This document shows positions 1-10,870 of a stretch of 64,000 nucleotides of DNA, one piece after another. Position 1 is the stretch's first letter; every line of letters starts with the position of its first letter. Origin of the DNA: Anaerolineales bacterium (lineage in GTDB: Bacteria; Chloroflexota; Anaerolineae; Anaerolineales; UBA4823); NCBI GenBank assembly GCA_003105035.1, contig PQAL01000036.1, forward strand, positions 72,499-136,498, given 5' to 3'. Under the pieces are notes generated by a model. It did not search any database. It saw only the letters and a list, made by a program, of their open reading frames with translations, and had not been told where the DNA came from. Position numbers and translations under genes: made by a program.

Positions 1-450
1 GCCCGTTTTACCACCCCGGGTGAACGGGGCAATTAAATCAATGACTTTAATACCTGTTTCGAACACTTCCACCCGCGTGGACTGATCTTCAAATTTTGGA
101 GCAGGCCGATGGATTGGGTAATATAGCTCAGCGGTAACCTCCGAACCTCCGTCCACAGGGCGTCCTAATACATTAAAGACCCGGCCGAGGGTAGCTGGTC
201 CCACCGGCACTTTGATCGGTGCACCCAAAGCATTCACAGGTAAATTTCTCTGCAAGCCATCCGTCGAGTCCATCGCGACACAGCGCACCCAGTTATTCCC
301 CAGGTGTTTTTCAACTTCGAGGATCAGCGGTAGCTGTCCTTCGCGTGTCACTTCCAGGGCATCATACACATCCGGTAGTTGCCCAATCGGAAATTCAACA
401 TCTACTACACCACCCATTACCTGCACAACCTGGCCGGTCAATCGAGCCAT
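1..450 (-). CDS. atpD: F1 ATP synthase beta subunit, N-terminal ~150 codons (remainder lies beyond the window start)
   Basis: My own minus-strand translation from the ATG at 450-448 gives [34 protein letters not shown]...[37 protein letters not shown]. This is the typical beta N-terminal barrel running toward the P-loop. The gene lies directly downstream of atpG. It is absent from the ORF track because it runs off the window edge. Confidence 0.9.
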   Translation of the reverse strand, partial: MARLTGQVVQVMGGVVDVEFPIGQLPDVYDALEVTREGQLPLILEVEKHLGNNWVRCVAMDSTDGLQRNLPVNALGAPIKVPVGPATLGRVFNVLGRPVDGGSEVTAELYYPIHRPAPKFEDQSTRVEVFETGIKVIDLIAPFTRGGKTG

Positions 451-477
451 GCGTACCTCCTGATAAACATAATAACA

Positions 478-1368
478 TCATTTTATTGCCAAAGCCTCTA
501 CACCACCGACAATATCAAGGATTTCACCTGTGATACCTTGCTGTCGGGCTTTGTTGTATTCGAGCTGAAGAGCACTAGCCAGCTCGGTGGCACTGTCAGT
601 CGCATTCTTCATTGCCACCATTCTGGCGGCATGCTCGCTTGCCAGGGATTCCATGATCGCCTGGTAGACCTGCAGTGCGGTGAATCGTGGCACGATTTCA
701 TCGAGAATTTCTTCCTCATTGGGTTCATAAATGTAAGCCGCAGCAGCTTTTTTGGTTTGCTCGAAAGCAACGACCCGGCCTTCTCCACCGCCAATCTCCA
801 GTGGGAGCAGCTGCTTGATCGTTGGAACCTGCAAGACCATATTGATAAAGTCGGTATATACCAGATATACCCGGTCAGCCTTTCCACTCAGAAACTCATC
901 CACGGCCAGTCGTCCAATCGCTGAAACATCTGAGAACGACGGTGCGGCTGGCAAATGGCTGAATTCAGCAATCACGCGCTTCCGCCTGCGCATCATCATA
1001 TCCCGGCCTTTACGGCCAACGCAAATGTAATTTACAGGTGTTTCCTTGGAATTAAATTTACTCAATACAAAGCGGACAATATTTGAGTTGTATGCGCCTG
1101 CCAGACCACGATCTCCGGCTATTAAAACAACCAGTTCGGTTCGGTCTTCAGCTCTTGGCGTAAGCAAGGGATGCAAAGTAGCTCGGCCAGGCTGACCGGC
1201 AATATGGGTCAAAACCTGCCAGGCTTTGGTGGCGTACGGCCTGGTGCGTAGCATAGCCGCCATCGCCTTGCGCACATTGCTGGCACTCACTGCTTGTAGA
1301 GCCCGAGTTACCTGGGCAATATTCTTGACGCTGCGTATGCGAAGTCTGACTTCCCTAGCGTTTGCCAT
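478..1368 (-). CDS. atpG: F1 ATP synthase gamma subunit
   Basis: 296 aa. The N-terminus (MANAREVRLRIRSVKNIAQVTRALQAVSASNVRKA) and C-terminus (ARQQGITGEILDIVGGVEAL) are the conserved gamma helices. The gene sits between atpA and atpD. Confidence 0.95.
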   Translation of the reverse strand: MANAREVRLRIRSVKNIAQVTRALQAVSASNVRKAMAAMLRTRPYATKAWQVLTHIAGQPGRATLHPLLTPRAEDRTELVVLIAGDRGLAGAYNSNIVRFVLSKFNSKETPVNYICVGRKGRDMMMRRRKRVIAEFSHLPAAPSFSDVSAIGRLAVDEFLSGKADRVYLVYTDFINMVLQVPTIKQLLPLEIGGGEGRVVAFEQTKKAAAAYIYEPNEEEILDEIVPRFTALQVYQAIMESLASEHAARMVAMKNATDSATELASALQLEYNKARQQGITGEILDIVGGVEALAIK

Positions 1369-1387
1369 TTATCCTCATCCAATAAAG

Positions 1388-3049
1388 CTATTGCCAGGTT
1401 GATGTAAATGTCGTTAAAGCTTCAGTGAGCTTAGCTTCAGTTTCAGGTGTGATCTTCTTTTCTTCGGTGATCGACTTGCCGATCTCCGGATGTGAAGTCG
1501 CCATATAGCGCAGCAGAGAGGTCTCCCACCTGCGCATTTGATCTAAGGGTACGTTATCAGCAAAACCGCGTGTGCCAGCGAAAATTTCGATGATCTGATC
1601 TTCCAATGATAAAGGTTGGTATTGCGGTTGCTTCAAAATCTCCTGGAGGTGCTGACCACGATTGAGCTGAGCCTGGGTAGCTTTGTCCAAATCGGAGCCG
1701 AACTGAGCAAAAGCGGCCAGCTCGCGGAAAGCAGCCATATCCAGTCGCAATCGACCAGCCACCTGGCGGAACGCACGTGTTTGGGCATCGCCTCCCACGC
1801 GTGATACTGAAAGACCTACGTTCACAGCTGGCCGGATACCAGCATAGAACAGGTTGCCTTCCAGGTAGATCTGCCCATCGGTGATCGAGATCACGTTGGT
1901 TGGAATGTATGCAGACACATCGCCGAGCAGAGTCTCAATAATCGGTAGGGCAGTGAGTGAACCACCGGTACCGCTGAGCCTTACAGCTTTATAACCATCC
2001 GGATTATCCAGCTTTTTAATAGCTTCAGCTACGTACTGCCTGGCTAACGGTCCACCAAACACCTCACCATCCAGACCATCGTTCTTTTCGGCGACATTCC
2101 CAACATAGTCTTGCTTCACAATTACATACTGGTCAGCAAGCCGTGCCGCCCGTTCTAACAAGCGAGAGTGCAAGTAAAACACATCGCCAGGGTAAGCTTC
2201 ACGCCCAGGCGGTCTACGCAGCAGCAGTGATACCTGGCGGTATGCCCAGGCATGCTTCGAAAGGTCATCGTAGATGCAGAGCGCGTCACGCCCGGTTTCC
2301 ATGAACTCTTCCCCAATGGCACAACCTGCATACGGGGCGATGTATTGAAGGGCGGCAGGCTCATCAGCAGCAGCAACAACCACGGTTGTGTATTCCATGG
2401 CACCATAGCGCTCCAGGGTGGCTACGGTGCGAGCAATGGCTGCTTTTTTCTGCCCGATGGCGACATAGATGCAGAAAAGCTCCTTGCCTTTCTGGTTAAT
2501 GATCGTGTCAAGTGCCAGGGCAGTTTTTCCTGTCTGGCGGTCGCCAATGATCAATTCACGCTGGCCTCGCCCCAAGGGGATCATCGAGTCAATCGCTTTA
2601 AGCCCAGTTTGTACGGGTGAATCCACGTCTTTACGCTGTACCACGCCTGGTGCAATACGTTCGATTGGTCGGAAGCTGTTCGATTTGATCGGCCCCTTTC
2701 CATCGACAGGGATACCCAGGGCATTCACTACCCGGCCTACCATGCCATCCCCAACCGGAACAGATGCGATTCTACCCGTAGCGCGTACTAACATCCCTTC
2801 CGCGATTTCAGAGTATTCGCCCATGATGATGACGCCTACGTTGTCTTTCTCAAGGTTGAAGGCGATTCCCATCACCCCATTAGCAAACTGTACCAGTTCC
2901 TGTGATTTGACATCCACCAGCCCGCGGACGCGGGCAATACCATCACCCGCTTCGACGACATTCCCAACGTCACTTAAGCCTAATTCAGGCTTGTAGGAAT
3001 CGATTTGCTTTTGAAGATCATCAGTGATTTGCTTGATTAGGTCTGTCAT
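1388..3049 (-). CDS. atpA: F1 ATP synthase alpha subunit (long form with internal insertion)
   Basis: Walker A GDRQTGKT and the motifs [24 protein letters not shown] and [18 protein letters not shown] are present. The start is set at ATG 3049 (MTDLIKQ) because GGAGGGAG lies 4 nt upstream. The track ORF extends to 3067. Confidence 0.95.
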   Translation of the reverse strand: MTDLIKQITDDLQKQIDSYKPELGLSDVGNVVEAGDGIARVRGLVDVKSQELVQFANGVMGIAFNLEKDNVGVIIMGEYSEIAEGMLVRATGRIASVPVGDGMVGRVVNALGIPVDGKGPIKSNSFRPIERIAPGVVQRKDVDSPVQTGLKAIDSMIPLGRGQRELIIGDRQTGKTALALDTIINQKGKELFCIYVAIGQKKAAIARTVATLERYGAMEYTTVVVAAADEPAALQYIAPYAGCAIGEEFMETGRDALCIYDDLSKHAWAYRQVSLLLRRPPGREAYPGDVFYLHSRLLERAARLADQYVIVKQDYVGNVAEKNDGLDGEVFGGPLARQYVAEAIKKLDNPDGYKAVRLSGTGGSLTALPIIETLLGDVSAYIPTNVISITDGQIYLEGNLFYAGIRPAVNVGLSVSRVGGDAQTRAFRQVAGRLRLDMAAFRELAAFAQFGSDLDKATQAQLNRGQHLQEILKQPQYQPLSLEDQIIEIFAGTRGFADNVPLDQMRRWETSLLRYMATSHPEIGKSITEEKKITPETEAKLTEALTTFTSTWQ

Positions 3050-3069
3050 TACTCCCTCCGGCTGCATTG

Positions 3070-4140
3070 CTACTCAGTTAAGGATGCTACCGTGCTGGCA
3101 TCCAACCGGTCAATGAGCGCCAATAACAACTTCACCGTATTATCGTAGTCATCGCGATGGATGATCGAGCTATGGGAATGAATATGGCGAGCGGTCACCC
3201 CGAGAACGATGGTTGGCACCCCGATGCCATGCAGGTGTATGGCCGCGCCATCGGTCGCACCACCTTCAATTGCTGACAGTTGTAAAGGAACCCCAACCTG
3301 TTTGGCAACCTCAATTACCAGGTCCCTCAGGCGGATATTGGGGATCATCCTTACGTCATATAACACCATGCTTGGACCTTGCCCAAGCTTGAGCGATGAT
3401 TCATCTGGTTTGATACCTGGGATATCACCAGCGATATCCGACTCTAGGACGATCGCTACATCCGGGTCAACTGCTCGTACGCTGGTGGTTGCGCCGCGAA
3501 TCCCAACCTCCTCCATCACGGTTGCCACGCCATACACCGTGTTGGGGTGATGCTTATTCTGCAGTTCTTTTAAAGCCGATATGAGCATGGCAGTTCCAAC
3601 CCGGTCATCGAAGGCTTTTGACAGGTAGGTTTTCCCGCCGGTTAGCTCGACAAAATCAGCCCTGGGGGAGACCGGATCACCTAACTGTACACCCGCAGCC
3701 TCAACATCTTCCTTACTGGTGGCCCCGATATCGATATACATATCTTTACGCTTGACTACTTTTTCCCGCTCATCGGCGGGTAATAAATGAGGGGGTTTCG
3801 CACCGATTACACCAACAACATCACCTTTCTTTGTTTGAACGACAACCCGCTGGCCTAAAAGGACCTGGTCAAACCAACCACCGAGCGTTAAGAATTTTAA
3901 GAATCCTTCAGGTGTAATTTGCTTGACCATGAAACCGATTTCGTCCATATGACCGGCCAGCATGATCCTAGGTCTTTCAGCATCCCCGAGTTTTCGGCAG
4001 ATCACGCTCCCAATCTTGTCCTGGCTAAGCTCTCCATAGCCATCCAGATATTTCCGTACAATAGCACGGATCGGTGTTTCGTAGCCTGATACTCCTGGAG
4101 TTTCAGTTAGTTCTTTCAGTAAATTTAATGTAAAATCCAT
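3070..4140 (-). CDS. M42 family metallopeptidase (FrvX/glutamyl aminopeptidase-like)
   Basis: 356 aa. [14 protein letters not shown] at the N-terminus, [16 protein letters not shown], EEVGxRGA and a C-terminal HS..S pattern are typical of M42 peptidases. Confidence 0.85.
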   Translation of the reverse strand: MDFTLNLLKELTETPGVSGYETPIRAIVRKYLDGYGELSQDKIGSVICRKLGDAERPRIMLAGHMDEIGFMVKQITPEGFLKFLTLGGWFDQVLLGQRVVVQTKKGDVVGVIGAKPPHLLPADEREKVVKRKDMYIDIGATSKEDVEAAGVQLGDPVSPRADFVELTGGKTYLSKAFDDRVGTAMLISALKELQNKHHPNTVYGVATVMEEVGIRGATTSVRAVDPDVAIVLESDIAGDIPGIKPDESSLKLGQGPSMVLYDVRMIPNIRLRDLVIEVAKQVGVPLQLSAIEGGATDGAAIHLHGIGVPTIVLGVTARHIHSHSSIIHRDDYDNTVKLLLALIDRLDASTVASLTE

Positions 4141-4352
4141 TGGAGGGATACCTCAAATTTCAGGAATAAAAGCGGTCAAATGATACCTGAAAGAATCAAT
4201 CTTGTCTAGTTATCGCGCTCTTTCAAATAAAATATTACTGAATGATAATCGTTCGGTAACATTATCTTTTGATTTGACTAGGTTATTCACGAAGTGAAGC
4301 TTTCCTATAAAATATTGAAGAAGGTTATTCTTGAGATCGAGGAGAAATGCAA

Positions 4353-5198
4353 ATGATTCACATAATAACCGATACAACTTCCGGTCTTCCCAGGGAATAT
4401 GCTGAAAAATATCATATTCCAGTGATTCCTCAGATCATTAACTTTGAAAACAAGTCATTTTACGAGGGAGTGGATATTAACAACGCACAATTCATGCGTA
4501 TGCTTAAAGAAGCAAAAATTCTTCCGAAAACCGCCGCCCCTCCTCCCGAACTTTTTGTAAAGGAATTTGAGCAACTTGTTCAATTAAACGAACCGATTTT
4601 TTGCATTCATCCATCTGCTGAGGTAAGTGGCACCGTCAGGTCAGCCCAAACAGCAGCTCTGGAATTCCCCACAGCGGATATCCGCGTCATTGATACCCGC
4701 ACGATCGGTAGCCCTCTTGCAACACTCATCGAGCTAGCTGCTGAGTGGAACGAAGCCGGTGTGGGTGCAGACATGATCGAGCGAAATATTGAGCAAATGA
4801 TCCCTCGCAACCGCGTCTATTTCATGGTGGACACTCTTGAGTATTTGGCCAAAGGTGGCAGGATTGGTGGCGCTGCGGCGCTCTTGGGAAGTGTCCTCAA
4901 AATAAAACCTATCCTTGTTTTGAAGGATGGGCGCGTTGACCAATTCGAAAAAGAACGGACTCAGAAACATGCCTTCAACCGCATGATTGAGCTGGTGAAA
5001 ACCCAGGCTGCCGGAAATGGGCAAGCGTTTGTATCCGTGATGCATGCTGCTGTACCAGAACTGGCGGTTAATTTTCGCGATGCGTTATGCGGGATAATGA
5101 ATATCACCAATATCCCAATTCTCGATGTGCCCCCAGCAATCGTCACTCATGGAGGCCCTGGTATTTTGGCCGCGGCTTTCTTTACCGACGGCTTGTAA
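4353..5198 (+). CDS. DegV family fatty-acid-binding protein
   Basis: IHIITDTTSGLP, YFMVDTLEYLAKGGRIG and overall length fit DegV. GAGGAG lies 8 nt upstream of ATG 4353. The track start at 4347 is also possible. Confidence 0.85.
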   Translation: MIHIITDTTSGLPREYAEKYHIPVIPQIINFENKSFYEGVDINNAQFMRMLKEAKILPKTAAPPPELFVKEFEQLVQLNEPIFCIHPSAEVSGTVRSAQTAALEFPTADIRVIDTRTIGSPLATLIELAAEWNEAGVGADMIERNIEQMIPRNRVYFMVDTLEYLAKGGRIGGAAALLGSVLKIKPILVLKDGRVDQFEKERTQKHAFNRMIELVKTQAAGNGQAFVSVMHAAVPELAVNFRDALCGIMNITNIPILDVPPAIVTHGGPGILAAAFFTDGL

Positions 5199-7302
5199 TA
5201 AACCAGTTTTGGATGCTTAAAGGCTCGTCATTTTCTTGTGGCTTTACCCTTACATAAGAGCCATCTGCAAGCATCCTCCTGGCTTTGATATTGTCCTGGT
5301 AATAGATCTTCAAGATATTATCGCGGATATGCAGGATCATGTCCTTGTCCTGCACCGGGAATAACGCTTCAACCCGGCGGTCAATATTGCGCGGCATTAG
5401 ATCAGCGCTGCCGAGATATATCTCCTCATTGCCGCCATTTTTAAAGTAGTAGATACGGCTGTGCTCAAGGAACCTACCCACAATGCTAGTGACTTGAATA
5501 TTATCACTGACCCCTGGCAAGCCTGGCCGCAAGCAGCAGATACCTCGTACGAATAGATCAACCTTTACCCCGGCTTGTGAAGCTACATAAAGCAACTGGA
5601 TCATCTTCTTATCGACAAGTGAGTTGATCTTGAAAATGAGGTGTCCCTGTCCGCCGTTTCTTTGAATCTCGATTTCTCGATTTATTAGGGCGGTCATCTG
5701 GCTGCGCAAGTTAATCGGAGCCACCAACAGTTTTAAGTATTCTTTTTTGGAGGAGTATCCAGTAAGGTAATTAAATAGATCTGTAGCATCGGCCCCCATT
5801 TGTGGGTCGCAGGTGAACATGCCGATATCTTCGTAGATCTGGGCCGTGATAGCATTGTAATTCCCAGTTGCCAGATGGAGGTACCTGGTAATGCCTTCTC
5901 CTTCCTTGCGAATCACCATCGCGACTTTAGAGTGGGTTTTCAATCCCAGCAAGCCATAGACCACATGCACTCCTTCTTTTTCAAGCATCCTGGCCCAGAC
6001 GATATTGCTCTCTTCATCAAAACGAGCTTTAAGTTCAACCAATACGGCCACTTGCTTCCCATTCTCGGCTGCTTCGAGTAAGGCATCCACAACGGGCGGT
6101 TTGCTTCCAACCCGGTAGAGAGTCATTTTGATCGCCAGTACATCCGGATCATTGGCTGCAGTTTTCAAGAATTTAATCACCGGTGAGAACGAGTCATATG
6201 GATGGTGCAGCAGGATGTCATGCTCACGAATTGCAGCAAATATGTTTTCACCATCAATGTGCTTAAGCGGCCTTGGCACAGCCGGCTTGAATGGCGGATC
6301 CTTGATATCGTAGCGGTCAATGGCATGCAGCGCCCATAGGTCACTGTATCCCATCGGCCCTTCAATCGTGTAAACCTCATTTCGGGTGATCTCGAGGTTT
6401 TCTATCAAAATCTCCTGGATACGTGCAGACATTGTCTCGTTGATGGTGATCATGATCACAGTTCCAAAGCGTCGTTGCCTAACCGTTTGTTCCATGGTCT
6501 CCAACAAATCTGCCGCTTCCAATTCCTGGATTGCCATATCAGCATCTCGGACTACCCGGAACGGGTAAGCTTGAACGACCTCCATTCCCGGAAATAACGA
6601 AGACAGGTTCGTAGCGATAACTTGCTCCAGCCAAACAAAATAATGGTGATAAGGAACTGTCCCATCCTTCCGCACTCCTCCGGATGAGCGTTTTATGGGT
6701 ACCAGGCGAGGTAAGGTGTTTGGAACCTTAATCCTGGCGAAATGCTGATTTCCTTTTTTATCCTTAAGCAACACTGCCATATTTAATGAAAGGTTTGATA
6801 TATGCGGGAAAGGATGCCCTGGATCGAAAGCCAACGGGGTTAACACAGGGAATATCACATCACGGTAGTAGTTTTCGATGTTTTCTTTTTGCTGTTTATT
6901 CAGCTCTTTATAATCCAGGATGAAGATGCCAGCATCCTTCAAAGCAGGTATGAGCTTGGTCCGGAAATATGATGATGCTTCCTTCATTGCAGAACTTGCT
7001 ACCTTACGGATTTCTGCCAGCTGTTCCGCCGGGGTCAATCCATCAGCAGGTAGATCAAGCACACCCGCATCCACTTGTTTCTTTAAACCAGCGACTCTCA
7101 CCATGAAGAACTCGTCCAGGTTTGAGCCAACAATTGCGAGAAACTTCACCCGTTCTAGAAGAGGGTTATTTTCATCGACAGCTTCTTCGAAAACACGGTG
7201 CTGAAATTGAAGTGCGCTGAGCTCGCGGTTAATGAATAATCGCGGAGAGTCCAGGTCGATTATTGTTTCTGGGCTAACAGTTTTTTCAGTTGTTGTGTCC
7301 AA
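5182..7302 (-). CDS. ppk: polyphosphate kinase 1
   Basis: 706 aa. FINRELSALQFQHRVFEEA, the region around the HSK autophosphorylation histidine (LGLKTHSKVAMV) and two PLD-like C-terminal domains match PPK1. Confidence 0.95.
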   Translation of the reverse strand: MDTTTEKTVSPETIIDLDSPRLFINRELSALQFQHRVFEEAVDENNPLLERVKFLAIVGSNLDEFFMVRVAGLKKQVDAGVLDLPADGLTPAEQLAEIRKVASSAMKEASSYFRTKLIPALKDAGIFILDYKELNKQQKENIENYYRDVIFPVLTPLAFDPGHPFPHISNLSLNMAVLLKDKKGNQHFARIKVPNTLPRLVPIKRSSGGVRKDGTVPYHHYFVWLEQVIATNLSSLFPGMEVVQAYPFRVVRDADMAIQELEAADLLETMEQTVRQRRFGTVIMITINETMSARIQEILIENLEITRNEVYTIEGPMGYSDLWALHAIDRYDIKDPPFKPAVPRPLKHIDGENIFAAIREHDILLHHPYDSFSPVIKFLKTAANDPDVLAIKMTLYRVGSKPPVVDALLEAAENGKQVAVLVELKARFDEESNIVWARMLEKEGVHVVYGLLGLKTHSKVAMVIRKEGEGITRYLHLATGNYNAITAQIYEDIGMFTCDPQMGADATDLFNYLTGYSSKKEYLKLLVAPINLRSQMTALINREIEIQRNGGQGHLIFKINSLVDKKMIQLLYVASQAGVKVDLFVRGICCLRPGLPGVSDNIQVTSIVGRFLEHSRIYYFKNGGNEEIYLGSADLMPRNIDRRVEALFPVQDKDMILHIRDNILKIYYQDNIKARRMLADGSYVRVKPQENDEPLSIQNWFITSRR

Positions 7303-7326
7303 TGCACACCTTGATGACCAGAGTTA

Positions 7327-8085
7327 TTAGCCAAATCTACCCATGATGTAATCTTCGGTACGTTTGTCTTTAGGGGTGACAAACAATTCCTGCCCCATTC
7401 CTTGTTCAATCACTTCGCCTTGCAAAAAAAATATCGCGAGGTCAGCCACGCGTGCTGCCTGCTGGATGGAGTGTGGAACCAGGATGATTGTATACGTTTT
7501 TTTAAGTTCCTGCAATGAAGCTTCTACTTTACCGGTTGAGATAGGATCCAGGCCAGATGTCGGTTCGTCCAGCAGGATCACTTCAGGTTTCAAGACCAGG
7601 CTGCGGGCAAGACACAGCCGTTGTTGTTGGCCACCCGACAAGGCGATTGCTGGATCATCCAAGCGATCCTTGACTTCATCCCACAAGGCAGCCTGTCTCA
7701 GGCTGCTTTCGACAGCTTCATTCATCGTTTTGCTGCTTTTTTCACCAGCGACTTCCAGGCCATAGGTGAGATTACCCCGGATACTCATCGGTAGTACAAC
7801 CGGACGGGCGAAAACCATACCGACCCGCCTGCGTAACGAGATCACATCTACCCTAGGCCCCAGGATATCCTCGTTGTCCAGCAGCACTTTTCCCGTTAAC
7901 AGCTTCACGTCCGCCAGGTCATTCAAACGGTTGAACACGCGCAGGATCGAGGATTTTCCACCACCAGCTGGACCGAAAAACACTGTAATCTGGTTTGCCG
8001 GGATATCGATACTGATATCCCGCAGCGATTCCTTCCCATCAGAATACATCAGATTCAAGTGCTCAATCTTTATCTTGATCATCAT
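7327..8085 (-). CDS. pstB: phosphate ABC transporter ATP-binding protein, divergent copy (Q-loop Gln replaced)
   Basis: Last gene of the pstSCAB string. Walker A is GPAGGGKSS, signature LSGGQQQRLCLAR, Walker B ILLDEPTSGLD, and the tail EDYIMGRFG. The Q-loop position reads VGMVFARP instead of VGMVFQKP. Confidence 0.9.
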   Translation of the reverse strand: MMIKIKIEHLNLMYSDGKESLRDISIDIPANQITVFFGPAGGGKSSILRVFNRLNDLADVKLLTGKVLLDNEDILGPRVDVISLRRRVGMVFARPVVLPMSIRGNLTYGLEVAGEKSSKTMNEAVESSLRQAALWDEVKDRLDDPAIALSGGQQQRLCLARSLVLKPEVILLDEPTSGLDPISTGKVEASLQELKKTYTIILVPHSIQQAARVADLAIFFLQGEVIEQGMGQELFVTPKDKRTEDYIMGRFG

Positions 8086-8091
8086 TGCAAC

Positions 8092-8982
8092 CTACCATTG
8101 CCTATGCGCACGTGCCCTGGAACGTATGAGCGTTGCAATCAGGTTCATCCCAAGCACAAAAGCGATCAACACTAAAGCCGTCCCATATTGAATTTGAACA
8201 GGCATGCCTGGTACTTGCGTGGATATCACATATAAGTGGTATGGCAACGCCATGGTTGGATCAAATACGGATTGAGGTAATTTCGGTAGGAAGAAAGCCG
8301 CCGCAGTAAACAGGATCGGTGCAGTTTCACCAGCTGCGCGTTCCAAACCAAGGATCACGCCCGTCATAATCCCAGGCAGCGATTGAGGAAGGACAATCCT
8401 GCGGATAGTTTGCCATTTGGTGGCACCGACCGAAATGCTTACCACTCTGAAGGATTGCGGCACCGCTCTCAAAGCTTCTTCGGCCGTGCTGATGATCACC
8501 GGTATGGTCATGATGGATAAGGTCAGCGAACCTGCCAGAATGCTGGTTCCGAATTTCAAGAAAATCACGAACATTCCCAATCCGAAGAGTCCATAGACCA
8601 CTGAAGGAATTCCTGCCAGATTGATGATCGAGATGCGTATCATCCTCGTCCAGCGGTTATCGGGGGCATACTCTGATAGGTAAATTGCTGACCCAATTCC
8701 CAGTGGAACCGAAAATACCGCCGTGCCAATCGTGAGCAAAATTGTGCCCACAATCGCTGGCATGATCCCACCTTGCTTGACGCCATCAGACGGAAATGTG
8801 GTTAAGAATTCCCAAGAGATGGCTGGTAATCCTTTAATTAATATGTAGATGACAATGGCACAAATCGGGATAACCGTGAGCACCGTGGTGAGTAATAAAA
8901 AGCCAAATCCAATCTTCTGTTTGAATAGGCGCGTTCCAGAAGATCCAGGATTTTTATAAAGTTTGGCTATCCGCCCAATCAC
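8092..8982 (-). CDS. pstA: phosphate ABC transporter permease PstA
   Basis: 296 aa polytopic permease with the EAA-type loop (ALRAVPQSFRVVSISVGATKWQTIRRIVLP). Its position after pstC fits PstA. Confidence 0.9.
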   Translation of the reverse strand: MIGRIAKLYKNPGSSGTRLFKQKIGFGFLLLTTVLTVIPICAIVIYILIKGLPAISWEFLTTFPSDGVKQGGIMPAIVGTILLTIGTAVFSVPLGIGSAIYLSEYAPDNRWTRMIRISIINLAGIPSVVYGLFGLGMFVIFLKFGTSILAGSLTLSIMTIPVIISTAEEALRAVPQSFRVVSISVGATKWQTIRRIVLPQSLPGIMTGVILGLERAAGETAPILFTAAAFFLPKLPQSVFDPTMALPYHLYVISTQVPGMPVQIQYGTALVLIAFVLGMNLIATLIRSRARAHRQW

Positions 8983-8994
8983 ACTAAAATCTCC

Positions 8995-9900
8995 CTAGGA
9001 TAATATCCGTTCAGAACGCTTGCGCTGTTTGAACATCGCCGAAGACGCCGCTATATTGATGCCAAGCGATATCACGAATAAAACCAGCCCGATGAAGAAC
9101 AGCACATGGTAATGCGTGCTTCCGGTAGCTACCTCACCCATCTCAGCAGCAATGGTGGCAGTCATTGTTCTTACCGGACTAATAAATGAGTTCAGATGGA
9201 TTGGCATAATTGGCGCATTCCCGGTGACCATCATCACTGCCATCGTCTCACCGATAACCCGCCCAACTCCCAGCATGACACCGGTGATCACCCCGCTACG
9301 CGCGGCTGGTAAGGTTACCCGCCAGATGGTCTGCCATTGGGTAGCCCCCAGGGCAAGTGCCGCATCCCGATACGACCTGGGTACCGAATCAAGAGCATCT
9401 TCAGCCACAGAGACGATCGTGGGTATAGCCACTGCACTGAGTAATATAAATCCAGCCAATGCTGAGAGACCGGTTGGCAAGTCCAGCAAACGGCGGAGGT
9501 TTGGGGCCAGTATGATGATACCCAGAAAACCAAGTACCACCGATGGGATGCCCCCTAATACTTCAACGATCGGCTTCAGGAAATCGCGCGTCTTACGCGG
9601 GGCAACTTCAGCGATGTATACTGCGGTAAACAAGCCAACCGGTATGGCAATCACCGCGGCTCCGATGGTTACTATGATCGAACCGCCCAGTAAGGGTAGT
9701 AAACCAAAATAATCTTCGATCGGATACCATCGTGTGGATAACAGGTTAGATATCGAAACCTCTTGAAGAGTCGGTAAGCCTTCACGCAATAAAAAGAAAA
9801 ATATCATCAAGACAAAGATGATTGCCGAATAACCCGATACCTTAATTAATAAAGTCAGGATAAATTCCGTTGGTTTTTGTGTCTTGTTCATTCTTTCCAT
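8995..9900 (-). CDS. pstC: phosphate ABC transporter permease PstC
   Basis: 301 aa polytopic permease with ALDSVPRSYRDAALALGATQWQTIWRVTLPAA. Its position after pstS fits PstC. Confidence 0.9.
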   Translation of the reverse strand: MERMNKTQKPTEFILTLLIKVSGYSAIIFVLMIFFFLLREGLPTLQEVSISNLLSTRWYPIEDYFGLLPLLGGSIIVTIGAAVIAIPVGLFTAVYIAEVAPRKTRDFLKPIVEVLGGIPSVVLGFLGIIILAPNLRRLLDLPTGLSALAGFILLSAVAIPTIVSVAEDALDSVPRSYRDAALALGATQWQTIWRVTLPAARSGVITGVMLGVGRVIGETMAVMMVTGNAPIMPIHLNSFISPVRTMTATIAAEMGEVATGSTHYHVLFFIGLVLFVISLGINIAASSAMFKQRKRSERILS

Positions 9901-9914
9901 ATGAATCGATGAGG

Positions 9915-10793
9915 TTATTTAATCGGGACAAATCCCAACTGTTTAACAATTGCCTGCGCTTCAGGAGTCATGATCCAATTTATGTAGTCCAACACCTTGC
10001 CGGTAGGTTCTCCATTGGTATACATATATAGGTCACGAGCGATGGGATACTTTCCGCTGTTCACCGTCTCCGCAGACGGCATTACAAAAGGCCCTGAGGC
10101 ATCTTTTCCAACTGCAACGACTTTCACTTCAGGGGTAACATATCCGAGCCCATCATAGCCAATTGCATTCGGGTTATCCCTGGTTTCAGCGGTGATCCCT
10201 TCGGAAGAAGGCAGTAGCAGCGTATCAGGCGAAAAAAAGGTTTTATTGTTTGGATCGCCCATTCGGACTACGTTCTCAAGAAAGAACACATGGGTTCCTG
10301 AATTGGTTTCCCTTGATAAGCGCACGATCACCCGGTCTTCTCCTCCCAGCTCTTTCCAGTTATTTATTTTTCCGCTATAAATATCCGACAACTGCTGGAT
10401 GGTTAGTTCGTTTACCGGGTTGGTTGGGTTCACTACGATCGCAATCGCATCCCTGGCAACAACGAATTCTTTGGGTGTTACTCCATTTGCCTGCGCTTGT
10501 TGGACCTCTTCTGCTTTGATCTGCCGGCTGGCATTGGCAAGGTCAACTGTCCCATTAATTAATGCAGCTATGCCCGTCCCAGAACCCCCACCTGTAACGG
10601 AAATCTCAATCTCAGGGTACAGCTCATGGTATTTTTCTGCCCAAGCCAAAGCCAGGTTTACCAGGGTATCTGATCCTTTATTTACGATCGTGGATGCCTG
10701 AGCATTACTTAGACCACCTGGATTGGCTTTACCGCCCGTGCTACAAGCAGAAAACAAGAGCAAAAAAAGCAATAATAAAGTACCTGTTTTCAT
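9915..10793 (-). CDS. pstS: phosphate-binding lipoprotein PstS
   Basis: Lipobox LLFSAC is present. VTGGGSGTGIAAL and SRE(T)NSGT phosphate-binding motifs match the PBP superfamily PstS type. Confidence 0.9.
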   Translation of the reverse strand: MKTGTLLLLFLLLFSACSTGGKANPGGLSNAQASTIVNKGSDTLVNLALAWAEKYHELYPEIEISVTGGGSGTGIAALINGTVDLANASRQIKAEEVQQAQANGVTPKEFVVARDAIAIVVNPTNPVNELTIQQLSDIYSGKINNWKELGGEDRVIVRLSRETNSGTHVFFLENVVRMGDPNNKTFFSPDTLLLPSSEGITAETRDNPNAIGYDGLGYVTPEVKVVAVGKDASGPFVMPSAETVNSGKYPIARDLYMYTNGEPTGKVLDYINWIMTPEAQAIVKQLGFVPIK

Positions 10794-10870
10794 CTTGAAA
10801 ATTATAGCTTATAAATTCGTGCAAACAAGGAGATGACGAATAATCCAGTTATCGAGTAAAATTTTAAAGT

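Noticed and set aside
212-924. Plus-strand ORFs of 83-181 aa (212-463, 219-533, 379-924) at the window start.
   Set aside because: They lie antisense to the clearly recognisable atpD and atpG coding sequences and have low-complexity, Ser/Pro/His-rich products. They are shadow ORFs.
10794-10870. Search for a Pho box in the pstS/pstB2 divergent intergenic region.
   Set aside because: I could not find E. coli-type CTGTCAT repeats or Bacillus-type TT(A/T/C)ACA direct repeats by eye. There is no supportable call.
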